Assembly (NCBI GenBank): GCA_039589315.1
Contig: JBDHHQ010000024.1
Coordinates: forward strand, 1-51,023
Source of the DNA: Gemmatimonadota bacterium
GTDB taxonomy: Bacteria; Gemmatimonadota; Gemmatimonadetes; Longimicrobiales; Gaopeijiaceae
DNA: 51,023 nt
Reading direction: 5' to 3'
Under the pieces are notes generated by a model, which was not told the DNA's origin, ran no database searches, and was given only the letters and a program-made list of their open reading frames with translations. Numbering within the stretch: position 1 is the stretch's first letter; each line of letters opens with the position of its first letter. Below, piece after piece: positions 1 to 8,713 of this stretch. The translations under genes and the position numbers were made by a program.

Positions 1-1
1 G

Positions 2-364
2 CGGAAGGAGCGGGTGCAGGCGGCCCTGGAGCGAGTGGGCATGGCGCACCGGATGAAGCACTACCCATCGCAGCTTTCCGGCGGTCAGCAGCAGCGGGTG
101 GCCGTGGCCCGGGCCATCGTCGGCAAGCCCCTGATCCTCCTGGCCGACGAGCCGACCGGTAACCTGGACTCCAAGAACGGCGGCGCGGTCATGGACCTCC
201 TCAACGAGCTCCACGACGAGGGCGCCACGATCTGCATGGTGACCCACGATCCGCGCTACGCGCACGTGGCCGAGCGGTCGGTACATCTGTTCGACGGCCA
301 GGTCGTGGACGAGGAGGACGCCAACCGGACGCGGGAGCTGGAGGAGTCCGGCTTCGACCTGTAA
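2..364 (+). CDS. ABC transporter ATP-binding protein, MacB/LolD family (5'-truncated by window edge)
   Basis: Signature LSGGQQQRVAVARA, Walker B/D-loop ILLADEPTGNLD, H-loop VTHD; frame is open to the window start. Confidence 0.93.
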   Translation, partial: RKERVQAALERVGMAHRMKHYPSQLSGGQQQRVAVARAIVGKPLILLADEPTGNLDSKNGGAVMDLLNELHDEGATICMVTHDPRYAHVAERSVHLFDGQVVDEEDANRTRELEESGFDL

Positions 365-368
365 GGCC

Positions 369-490
369 GGAGCGCGGTAAGCGGCGCATCTCGGCGTTAG
401 GCTTCGGACTCGGGAGCCTGCGGCGTACTGGAGTACGCCTCGGCCCCGCTCGCCTCGCCTGCCTTGAGCTGCATCCACTTCTCGCACTCC
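369..490. repeat. Palindromic MITE/REP-like intergenic element
   Basis: Imperfect terminal inverted repeats (GGAGCGCGGTAAGCGGCGCATCTCGGC vs reverse complement of the 3' end, GGAGTGCGAGAAGTGGATGCAGCTCAAGGC) around a perfect central palindrome GGCGTACT-GG-AGTACGCC (422-439); no coding capacity. Confidence 0.6.
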
Positions 491-612
491 CTGGACGTGT
501 TCGGTCGAGCGGTGGTAGGCGGTGCGGCGCTTCGCGCGCACCTGCCCACCCTCGACTCCGGACGGCCAGACCTCGCGAGGGCGCTGGAGCACGACTCCCA
601 GCGTGTTGGCGA

Positions 613-646
613 AGGGCCGCCTCCCCGAGGGGCGGCCCTACTTCTT
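613..646 (+). terminator. Putative intrinsic terminator after the first ABC ATPase
   Basis: Stem AGGGCCGCC / GGCGGCCCT followed by ACTTCTT. Confidence 0.55.
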
Positions 647-697
647 GGATGTGCGGCTGCCCGCCATTCGGGCCGTGGAACGTCGGGCGGTGGAAAG

Positions 698-760
698 TGT
701 CCGATTCTGGGACGGCGGCGCGCCCCGAGGCTGTTGCGCGAAAGGGCGGCCTGCTAGACT
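698..760 (+). promoter_or_regulatory. Candidate operator (GTCC-N7-GGAC) and extended -10 promoter (TGcTAGACT)
   Basis: Inverted repeat at 699-713; TGnTAGACT at 752-760, 45 nt upstream of ATG 806. Confidence 0.35.
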
Positions 761-805
761 GAGCGCCCCGCATCCCCGTCGAGAAACCGGGAACGAGAGC
801 CCTAC

Positions 806-1471
806 ATGATCAAGCTGCGTGGCATCGAGAAGTCGTACCGCACCGGAGCCGGTGAGACGTTCGTCCTCCGGCGCATCAACTCTGAGGTCGGAAGCGGCGA
901 GTTCGTGACGATCATGGGCCCGTCAGGTGCCGGCAAATCCACGCTGCTGAGCATACTTGGCATGCTGGACGGAGATTGGCGCGGCGAGTTCTACCTCGAC
1001 CACCACGCCGTCCATGCGCTGAAGCCCCGCGCCAGGATCGAGCTGAACAAGCAGTACATCGGCTTCGTCTTCCAGCAGTACCATCTCCTGGACGATCTCA
1101 CGGTCTACGAGAATCTGGAGATCCCCCTGTCGTACCGGAACGTGAAGCGGAAGGACCGCCAGGCGATCGTGGCGGACACGCTGGATCGCTTCCAGATCGT
1201 CGGGAAGAAGGACCTGTACCCGAATCAGCTCTCGGGCGGTCAACAGCAGCTCGTGGCCGTCGCCCGTGCGATCATCGCCGAGCCCAAGATCATCCTCGCG
1301 GACGAGCCTACCGGAAGCCTGCATTCGTCCCAGGGCAAGATGATCATGGACCTGCTCAAACAGCTGAACAGAGAAGGGACCACGATCATCCAGGTGACCC
1401 ACAACGAGAACTGGGCGGCCTACGGCAACCGCGTGATCCAGCTGCGAGACGGCTGGATCGTGGAGGAGTAG
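806..1471 (+). CDS. ABC transporter ATP-binding protein, MacB/LolD family, atypical D-loop
   Basis: Walker A GPSGAGKST, Q-loop FVFQ, LSGGQQQ, ILADEPTGSLHS, VTHN. Confidence 0.95.
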   Translation: MIKLRGIEKSYRTGAGETFVLRRINSEVGSGEFVTIMGPSGAGKSTLLSILGMLDGDWRGEFYLDHHAVHALKPRARIELNKQYIGFVFQQYHLLDDLTVYENLEIPLSYRNVKRKDRQAIVADTLDRFQIVGKKDLYPNQLSGGQQQLVAVARAIIAEPKIILADEPTGSLHSSQGKMIMDLLKQLNREGTTIIQVTHNENWAAYGNRVIQLRDGWIVEE

Positions 1472-1538
1472 CCGTGAGGACCGACGGGGGCCTCCGCGAG
1501 CGGGGCGGGGCACCAGCCCAGCGGTGGCGCCTTAGGCC

Positions 1539-2900
1539 GTGAGCGTCGACGAAATGCGCGTCCTCGTAGCCGACGATCAGCCGGATGTGCTCGAGGCGCT
1601 CAGGCTCCTGCTGAAGGGCGAGGGCTTCAGGATCCAGACCGCCTCTTCGCCCGCTGGGGTGTTGCAGGCCGTCGAGAAGGAGGATTTCGACGCGCTGCTC
1701 CTGGACCTGAACTACACCCGGGACACCACCTCCGGGAAGGAGGGTCTGGATCTGATCTCCAGGCTCAGGGGTCTCGACGCTACTCTGCCGCTCGTCGTCA
1801 TGACGGCCTGGGGCAGCGTGGAGGGCGCGGTGGAGGCCATGAGGCGCGGGGCCCGGGACTACATCGAAAAGCCCTGGGACAACGATCGCCTCGTCACCAC
1901 GCTCAAGACGCAAGTGGAGTTGGGTCGCGCCCTGCGGCGCACCCAACAACTGGAGGACGAGAACCGCCTCCTTCGCCGGAAGGGCGTTCCAGAGCTGATC
2001 GCGGAATCCAAGTCGATGGCGCCGGTGCTCAAGGTCATGGAGCGGGTGGGCCCTTCGGACGCCAACGTGCTCATCATGGGCGAGCATGGAACGGGCAAGG
2101 AGGTAGTCGCCCGGTGGCTGCACGCAGTGAGCAACCGTTCGAAGAAGAGCCTGGTGGCGGTCAATGCAGGCGGCTTCTCGGAGGGGGTCTTCGAAAGCGA
2201 GCTCTTCGGGCACGTGAAGGGCGCGTTCACCGACGCCAAGAGCGATCGGGTAGGGTGCTTCGAGCTTGCCGACGGTGGGACCCTTTTCCTGGACGAGATC
2301 GCCAACATCTCCTTGCAGCAGCAAGCCAAGCTCCTCCGGGTCCTGGAGACCGGCGAGATCCAGCGCGTGGGCTCGTCCAAGGTCCGGAAGGTGGACGTGC
2401 GCCTCCTCTCGGCCACCAACGCGAATCTCCAGGAGGCGGTGGCCGAGAGCTCGTTTCGTGAGGACCTCCTCTACCGGTTGAACACGGTGGAGATTCGGCT
2501 GCCGCCCCTGCGGGAACGGCGCGAGGACGTGCCGCTACTGGCGCGGCACTTTCTGCGGCGTCACGCGGACCGCTACGAGAAGCCGCTGCAGGGCTTCGAC
2601 GAGAGCGCCATGCAGGCCCTGATGCGGCACTCGTGGCCGGGGAACGTGCGGGAGCTGGAGCACGCCGTGGAGCGTGCCGTTCTCATGACCCAGGGCCCCT
2701 TGATCGGAGTGGAGGACCTGGGACTTCGTGGCCGCGCCGGTGGTGGGATCGCCATGGAGGAGATGACCCTCGAGGACGCTGAGCGGATCCTCATCGAGAA
2801 AGCGCTGGAACGATGCGGCGGGAACGTGAGTCAGGCGGCAGACGAGCTGGGCCTAAGCCGGAGCGCCCTGTACCGTCGGCTGCAGCGCTACGAGCTGTAG
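1539..2900 (+). CDS. NtrC-family (sigma54-type) response regulator, REC-AAA+-Fis HTH
   Basis: REC domain (VADD, LLDLN), GEHGTGKE, ESELFGH..GAFTDA, GGTLFLDE, FREDLLYRL, WPGNVREL, C-terminal AADELGLSRSALYRRL; alternative start ATG 1554. Confidence 0.95.
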   Translation: MSVDEMRVLVADDQPDVLEALRLLLKGEGFRIQTASSPAGVLQAVEKEDFDALLLDLNYTRDTTSGKEGLDLISRLRGLDATLPLVVMTAWGSVEGAVEAMRRGARDYIEKPWDNDRLVTTLKTQVELGRALRRTQQLEDENRLLRRKGVPELIAESKSMAPVLKVMERVGPSDANVLIMGEHGTGKEVVARWLHAVSNRSKKSLVAVNAGGFSEGVFESELFGHVKGAFTDAKSDRVGCFELADGGTLFLDEIANISLQQQAKLLRVLETGEIQRVGSSKVRKVDVRLLSATNANLQEAVAESSFREDLLYRLNTVEIRLPPLRERREDVPLLARHFLRRHADRYEKPLQGFDESAMQALMRHSWPGNVRELEHAVERAVLMTQGPLIGVEDLGLRGRAGGGIAMEEMTLEDAERILIEKALERCGGNVSQAADELGLSRSALYRRLQRYEL

Positions 2901-2929
2901 AGCCGGAACGACCCTCGCGCTGGGCCCGG

Positions 2930-4255
2930 ATGAACCACAATCGCCGGGTCCTGTTTCTGGCGATCCTCGCGGGGCTGCCGGGCGTCCTGCTTTCGTTGGG
3001 GTTCCTCTGGCTGGGCGACTTCTCGGCCCGGGTCCAGTGGACCGTCACCGTCCTGCTGATGGGCACGTGGCTCGGGTTCACCTTCGCCCTGCGCGAGCGA
3101 GTGATCCGGCCCATCCAGACCCTTTCCAACATGATGGCCGCCCTCCGCGAGGGTGATTTCTCGATCCGCGCCCGCGTGGAGCCCGACGCCAACGATCCTC
3201 TCTCCCTGGCGTACTTCGAGGTGAACGCTTTGGAGGAGATCCTGCGTGAGCAGCGGTTGGGGGCCGTCGAGGCGTCGGCCATGTTGCGCAGGGTGCTGGA
3301 GAAGATCCCGCTCGTGGTCTTCGCCTTCGACGAGCACGAGTCCCTGCGCCTGGCCAATCGTGCGGGAGAGCGCCTGCTGGGGCAGCCCGCCGAGCGCCTC
3401 ATCGGCAAGAGCGCGGAAGAGCTCCGCCTCCACGAGGCGTTGAGTGGCCCGGCCCCGCGCACCATGGACTTGGCCTACCCCGGTGGCACCGGTCGGTGGG
3501 AGCTCCGACGGAGCATCGCCCGTCAGGAGGGGCACCGCCTGCAACTCCTGGTGCTCTCGGACCTCAGTCGGGCCCTCCGCGAGGAGGAGCGCGCCGCGTG
3601 GCGTCGCATCGTCCGGGTCTTGGGCCATGAGATCAACAACTCTCTGGCGCCCATCAAATCCATCACCGGCAGTCTGCAGACCCTGATCAAGCGGGATCCC
3701 AAGCCCGAAGACTGGGACGAGGACGTGAACCGTGGGCTCGAGGTGATCTACGGCCGGGCCGAGTCCCTGAGTCGCTTCATGGCCACCTACTCCAAGCTGG
3801 CCCGGCTGCCCCGGCCGCGGCTGGCCTCCGTGCACGTGGAGGAGTGGATCCGGAACGTCGCGGCCCTCGAGACCCGCGTCGACGTGAAGGTCGCACCGGG
3901 GAAGGACGTGACGATTCAGGCTGACCGTGACCAGCTGGATCAGCTGCTGATCAACCTCCTCAAGAACGCCGTGGAAGCCTCCGAGATGGCGGGCAAGGTG
4001 GAGGTGAGCTGGTGGCGGCGCAACGACCTGGTCGAGGTGTGCGTGGATGACGAAGGACTGGGAGTCGGCGAGTCCAGCAACCTCTTCGTGCCTTTCTACA
4101 CGACCAAGCCGGGTGGCTCGGGGATCGGACTGGTCTTGAGTCGGCAGATCGCCGAGGGCCACGGCGGAAGCCTGATCCTCGAGAACCGGCCGGACGGGAA
4201 GGGGGCCCGGGCGCGCCTGGTTCTGCCCATCGATCCGGACGAGGCCGTGGGCTGA
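2930..4255 (+). CDS. Sensor histidine kinase (2 TM, HAMP, PAS-like, HisKA, HATPase)
   Basis: H-box GHEINNSLAPI, N-box QLLINLLKNAVEA, DEGLG, F-box LFVPFYTTK, G2 GSGIGL; start taken at ATG 2930 after the regulator stop. Confidence 0.93.
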   Translation: MNHNRRVLFLAILAGLPGVLLSLGFLWLGDFSARVQWTVTVLLMGTWLGFTFALRERVIRPIQTLSNMMAALREGDFSIRARVEPDANDPLSLAYFEVNALEEILREQRLGAVEASAMLRRVLEKIPLVVFAFDEHESLRLANRAGERLLGQPAERLIGKSAEELRLHEALSGPAPRTMDLAYPGGTGRWELRRSIARQEGHRLQLLVLSDLSRALREEERAAWRRIVRVLGHEINNSLAPIKSITGSLQTLIKRDPKPEDWDEDVNRGLEVIYGRAESLSRFMATYSKLARLPRPRLASVHVEEWIRNVAALETRVDVKVAPGKDVTIQADRDQLDQLLINLLKNAVEASEMAGKVEVSWWRRNDLVEVCVDDEGLGVGESSNLFVPFYTTKPGGSGIGLVLSRQIAEGHGGSLILENRPDGKGARARLVLPIDPDEAVG

Positions 4256-4345
4256 CCGTCAAGGTCACCGTCAGAGGACGGGGCCACGAAGCGTTGCAGG
4301 AGGGGGGAAGAGTCCGGTGCTCGGATCCCGCGCCAGGCCCCGCCC

Positions 4346-4374
4346 GGGAAACACGCGGGCAGTGCAGCGCGTAA
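4346..4374 (+). promoter_or_regulatory. Candidate ECF sigma promoter for the TonB-dependent receptor
   Basis: GGGAAAC-N17-CGTAA matches the generic ECF AAC-N17-CGT pattern, 37 nt upstream of ATG 4412. Confidence 0.4.
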
Positions 4375-4411
4375 GAGAAGGTGCTACCGGAACCTGGGGG
4401 ACACTGGCCGA

Positions 4412-6994
4412 ATGAGCGGTGTGCGGCGCGGAAGGGGTTGGCCGACGGGGCTCCTCGCCTCGATTGTCGGGGGCCTGGTCACGGTGTGGCCCGTTGGGTC
4501 TGCCGGAGCCCAGGACGTGACGGATCCCGGACCTGCCGGCCGCATCTCCGGCGTGATCCTGGAAGCTTCCGGAGGCGCACCGCTGGCTGGGGCCACGGTC
4601 ACCCTTGAGCCCCTGCCCCAGGGCATCGTCACGTCGCCTGAGGGCGGGGGCGGCGGTTTCCTGGAGGCGATGCGCATCACCGAGTCGGACGAGCGGGGTC
4701 GCTACTCGTTCGACGGCCTCCCCGAAGCGACGTACCGCCTCCGGGTCGCGCGCCTCGGCTACCGCTCCGCCACGATGCACGTGGAGTACCGGGGGTCCAG
4801 GGAGTCCAGGGTGTCGGTCGGGTTGGAGGTGGAGCCGATCCAGCTCGACCCGGTCGAGGTAGTGCTGGACCCCGTAATCCCCATGACGCACACGCCCACC
4901 AACGAGACGGTGCTCGGGGCCGAGCGCATCCAGGTGGAGCTGGCGCGCCAGGCCATGTTCACCCAGTCGGACGTTCGGTCGCTGACCCGGCAGGACCTGG
5001 TCGAGGCCGTGACCCTGGGCGAGACCGATCTCTTCCGGGCCCTCCACCGCATGCCCGGCGTCACGGCGGCGGACGATTGGTCGGCCGAGCTGTGGACCCG
5101 GGGAGCCCGGTGGGACGAAACCCGGGTCTACTTCGACGGCCTGCCGCTGTACAACCCCCTCCATGCCGGGGGCGTCCTGACCGGTGTGAGTCCCGACGCC
5201 GTGGGCGCGGTGATGTTCCACCCGGGGGTGCGACCGGTGGGCGGCGGCGACGGATCTGCCGGGGTAGTCGATATGGTGAGCCGGCCGGCCGGCGGCATCA
5301 TCCCGGTTTCGGCCATGGCCCAGGTCTCCATGGTGAGCGGTCGCTTCACGGTGCAGAGCCCCTACGCCCGGGGTAGCGGCATCACCCTCTCCGGGCGCCG
5401 GACTTGGCTGGACCTGGCCACCGAGACCGCGTCGCAGGAGCTCGGGGACAGGTCGGTCTTCTATCCGTACAAGTTCTCCGACGTGGCCGGCCGCTGGGAC
5501 CAGCGCATCAGCGATCAGGTGGCCGTGGAGGTCAGCGGCATGTGGTCCGGCGACGCGATCCAGGGCGATCTTCCCGACGTCCTCGCCGGCAACGCGGCCG
5601 AATGGGGCAATTCCGCGTTACGGGCCACCGTGGAGACGCGGTGGTCCACCGTTCGGGCCCGGTTCACGTTGGGCGGCAGCAGCTACCTGGCGAATTTGAC
5701 CCAGAGCGCGCCCGACTCGGCAGTCCTCCAGGAGTTTCCGGGCACGCCCCAGGCACCGCCCTTCGCCAACGAGATCCAGAGCGGCCACCTCGGTGTCACC
5801 CTCGACCGGTACGCCACGGACGCGGCCCGCTCTGCCTGGCGGGCCGGTCTGCGTCTGAGCTCGACGGCGCTCCTGTACGAGGGGCCGGCGCCCGTCCCGT
5901 TCCCTGCCGGTGCGGATGACGGCAGCTTCGCGCATGCCAGCGAGGTCGGTCAGACGACGGCCTGGTACGAGCATCGGCTCGTGCCGGTCGACGGACTCGA
6001 TCTTCGGACCGCTCTCCAAGCGGACCTCCGGGGCACCAGGGACGATGAGACCGCAGGCTGGCTGTCCCCCAGGATCACGGCCGCCTATGCCCTCGGGCCC
6101 GACGCCCGGATCACGGCCGGTCTGGGCCGCCACTACCAATTCCAGCAGGCGTTGGCAGGCGTTGGCTTCGACCTGGGGCCGCGCCTGGTGCCGAGCCACG
6201 TGTGGGTACAAGCGCAGGGGGACATCCCCCCGATCCGGTCCGACATCGGCAGCCTCGGCGGTGAGATCTGGCTCGGCCCCGGCTTCCTGGTGGCCGGCAC
6301 GGCGTACCTGCGGCTGTCGTCCGGGACCCTGATCCCGGCGCCCGCGTCCAGATACGTCCAGGCGGTGCCACTCCTGGGCGCCCAGGGCCTGAGCGAGTCC
6401 TGGGTGGCGGCTTCAGGCGTCGCGAGAGGGATCGACCTCTCGCTGCGGCGCGTCGCGGGCCGAGTGACGGGATCCCTTTCCTACAGCCTCGGCCTGGCCG
6501 AGCTGGAGGCGAACGGGAAGACGTTCCCCGCGCCCGGTGACCGCCGTCATGCCCTGGACGCGACACTGTTCTTCCGCCTTGCCAGCTGGGTCCGGCTGGG
6601 AGCGGCGTTCACCGGCGCAACCGGGGCCCCGTACACCCGGTTCTTCGCGTTGTCCTGTCCGAGCGATGCGAGTTGCCCCGTGGCCCCCGAGGGTGGTGGG
6701 GTCCCCGGGGTGGTCGGTTGGGCCGATGACGCGAACGGGGAGCGCGGCGGGCCCTATTCCTCGACCGACCTGATGCTGGAGTTGGAGGGGAACGTTCTGG
6801 GGCTCAAGATCGGCGGGTTCCTGCAGGTGAGAAACATGGGCGCCAACGCCAACAATCTGGCCTACCTCGGGAGCGACCGGAGTTGCGCGGGTGCGCTGCT
6901 CGACGGCGCGTGCTCTTCGGGCACCGGGGTCACCGACCGATTCGAGGTGGGGATGCCTGTGTTTCCACTCATCGGGTTCTGGGCGCGCTTCTGA
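4412..6994 (+). CDS. TonB-dependent receptor with N-terminal carboxypeptidase-regulatory-like domain
   Basis: Signal peptide ending AGA-Q, GRISGVI..PLAGATV..GRYSF..RLGY domain, plug motif DLFRALHRMPGV..RG..YFDGLPLYNPLH, SPR motif, C-terminal F. Confidence 0.85.
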   Translation: MSGVRRGRGWPTGLLASIVGGLVTVWPVGSAGAQDVTDPGPAGRISGVILEASGGAPLAGATVTLEPLPQGIVTSPEGGGGGFLEAMRITESDERGRYSFDGLPEATYRLRVARLGYRSATMHVEYRGSRESRVSVGLEVEPIQLDPVEVVLDPVIPMTHTPTNETVLGAERIQVELARQAMFTQSDVRSLTRQDLVEAVTLGETDLFRALHRMPGVTAADDWSAELWTRGARWDETRVYFDGLPLYNPLHAGGVLTGVSPDAVGAVMFHPGVRPVGGGDGSAGVVDMVSRPAGGIIPVSAMAQVSMVSGRFTVQSPYARGSGITLSGRRTWLDLATETASQELGDRSVFYPYKFSDVAGRWDQRISDQVAVEVSGMWSGDAIQGDLPDVLAGNAAEWGNSALRATVETRWSTVRARFTLGGSSYLANLTQSAPDSAVLQEFPGTPQAPPFANEIQSGHLGVTLDRYATDAARSAWRAGLRLSSTALLYEGPAPVPFPAGADDGSFAHASEVGQTTAWYEHRLVPVDGLDLRTALQADLRGTRDDETAGWLSPRITAAYALGPDARITAGLGRHYQFQQALAGVGFDLGPRLVPSHVWVQAQGDIPPIRSDIGSLGGEIWLGPGFLVAGTAYLRLSSGTLIPAPASRYVQAVPLLGAQGLSESWVAASGVARGIDLSLRRVAGRVTGSLSYSLGLAELEANGKTFPAPGDRRHALDATLFFRLASWVRLGAAFTGATGAPYTRFFALSCPSDASCPVAPEGGGVPGVVGWADDANGERGGPYSSTDLMLELEGNVLGLKIGGFLQVRNMGANANNLAYLGSDRSCAGALLDGACSSGTGVTDRFEVGMPVFPLIGFWARF

Positions 6995-7361
6995 GGGGTC
7001 CCACCACCCGTACCGGGAAGATCCGCTCCACCTGACGTCCCCCATCGAGGTACACGCGGACGGTCATCGTCCACTCGCCAGACTCGTGGAAGGGAAAGTC
7101 AGCCACCACGTAGCTCCCACTTGGCTGGCGCGCCGCTGCCAACTCCGGCGATCCCGAGGCCGCACCCTTCCTGATTCCGCTCACCCGCACCTCCGGGCCG
7201 CCGTCCCCCACCTCCGGTCCGGAAAGCGTCACCACCAGCCGCGTGTTTCCCACGGTGGGTGGGGTAGGGGAGATCCCCAGGTCCACCTCGACGCCCGCGT
7301 CATCGAGGGCCACGCACGCCGTCGTGAGACCTACTGTCGCCAGCAGGAGCAGCCTTGACAT
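6969..7361 (-). CDS. YtkA/FixH-like Ig-fold lipoprotein
   Basis: Lipobox LTTAC; PTPPTVGN..VTL, G-x-Y...F..SGEWTMTV pattern typical of YtkA-like domains; 26-bp convergent overlap with the receptor gene. Confidence 0.6.
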   Translation of the reverse strand: MSRLLLLATVGLTTACVALDDAGVEVDLGISPTPPTVGNTRLVVTLSGPEVGDGGPEVRVSGIRKGAASGSPELAAARQPSGSYVVADFPFHESGEWTMTVRVYLDGGRQVERIFPVRVVGPLRSAPRTR

Positions 7362-7396
7362 TAGTTGTGCCTCAATCGTTAATTAGGAGAGCCTAA
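7355..7396. promoter_or_regulatory. Divergent promoter with DtxR/MntR-family-like operator
   Basis: AT-rich island; perfect TTAGG-N4-CCTAA at 7383-7396, degenerate copy TTAGT-N4-CCTCA at 7361-7374, TTGACA at 7355-7360. Confidence 0.65.
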
Positions 7397-7495
7397 CTTC
7401 TTGCCTTCTCACGTTGGGTCCGAGGGCGCCGTCATCTGCCTCGTAGTGTGTGAGACCAAAACTCTGCAATCGGCCCGGAGGGAACCAGTACATCG

Positions 7496-8713
7496 ATGAG
7501 TGCCTGGAGAAAAGCGGCGCGGTACGCTGCGGGGGCGCTGGCGCTCACGGCGGTCGTAGCCTGTGACGACCTCTTCACGTCGCCCCCGGATGACGCCGAC
7601 GTGATGGACGGGCCCCTTCCGGGGCTCACACCCGAGGAGTTGACCTCCTTCGTCCGGGGTGACGGTGAGTTCGAACGTTCGTTCGCGCCCACCGAGGGTC
7701 TGGGACCCATATTCAACAACTCGGCGTGCGCGGGTTGTCACCCTGGAGACGGCCGCGGGCGCCCGGAGAACGCCTTGGTCCGGTTCGGTGAGCCCCCGGA
7801 TCTGGCACGGCACCTGGGGGGGCCACAACTCCAGACCCAGGCTACCCAGGGGGCGATTCCGGAGTCGCTGCCTCCGGGCCAGCCCACTTCGGTCCGGCTG
7901 CCTCCACCGGTCTTCGGTGTCGGACTCATCGAGGCGATACCGGTGGCTGCCGTCCTGGAGCTGGCCGATTCCCTCGACGCCGATGGCGATGGGGTCTCGG
8001 GCCGACCCAATTGGGTGGTCCCGCCCGAATGGGTGCCGGCCACAGAGGTCGGCGGGGGCGCCGGCCCCCAGCTCGGCCGGTTCAGCCGGAAGGCACAAGT
8101 GAGCGCCCTCATCCAGCAGGCGGTCGAGGCCTACCTACAGGACATGGGGATCACCTCCGACTTCCTTCCCGAAGAGAACTGGAACCCCCAGTCCGGTGCA
8201 GCGACCCAGGCGGCGGACATGGCTCCGGACCCCGAAGTCCCCGAGTCGACGGTCCGGGCAGTCGTAGACTACATCCGCATGCTCGCACCTCCGGCTCCCG
8301 GGCAGGACACGCCCGAGCGCATACGAGGCGGGGAGGTCTTCGGACAGGTGGGCTGTGACAGGTGTCACGTGCCCCAGCTACGGACGGGGCCGAGCCGAAT
8401 TACCGCCCTGTCGGACCAGTCCGTCACCCTGTACTCCGACCTCCTCCTGCACGACATGGGCGCGGAGCTCGCGGACGGACGGTCAGACGGAAGCGCCAAC
8501 GGCCGGGAGTGGCGGACCGCGCCCCTGTGGGGGCTCCGGGTCATGCCGGACTTCCTGGGCGGTGACCGGTTCCTGCTCCACGACGGGCGAGCCCGTAGCG
8601 TGGAGGAGGCCATCGAGCTGCACGGCGGCGAGGGGGAGGCTGCCCGGGAGAGGTTTCGCCGACTCGGCGCCCCAGACCGGGCCGCCCTCATCGACTTCGT
8701 GGAGTCGCGATGA
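7496..8713 (+). CDS. Di-heme oxidoreductase family lipoprotein (DHOR / DUF1111-like)
   Basis: Lipobox VVAC; GLGPIFN..CAGCH and GCDRCH heme-c motifs; YSDLLLHDMG, WRTAPLWG, LHDGRA. Confidence 0.9.
   Translation: MSAWRKAARYAAGALALTAVVACDDLFTSPPDDADVMDGPLPGLTPEELTSFVRGDGEFERSFAPTEGLGPIFNNSACAGCHPGDGRGRPENALVRFGEPPDLARHLGGPQLQTQATQGAIPESLPPGQPTSVRLPPPVFGVGLIEAIPVAAVLELADSLDADGDGVSGRPNWVVPPEWVPATEVGGGAGPQLGRFSRKAQVSALIQQAVEAYLQDMGITSDFLPEENWNPQSGAATQAADMAPDPEVPESTVRAVVDYIRMLAPPAPGQDTPERIRGGEVFGQVGCDRCHVPQLRTGPSRITALSDQSVTLYSDLLLHDMGAELADGRSDGSANGREWRTAPLWGLRVMPDFLGGDRFLLHDGRARSVEEAIELHGGEGEAARERFRRLGAPDRAALIDFVESR

Noticed and set aside
464..809. Short ORFs between the two ABC ATPases
   Set aside because: No recognisable motifs; the region is explained by the palindromic element, terminator and promoter.
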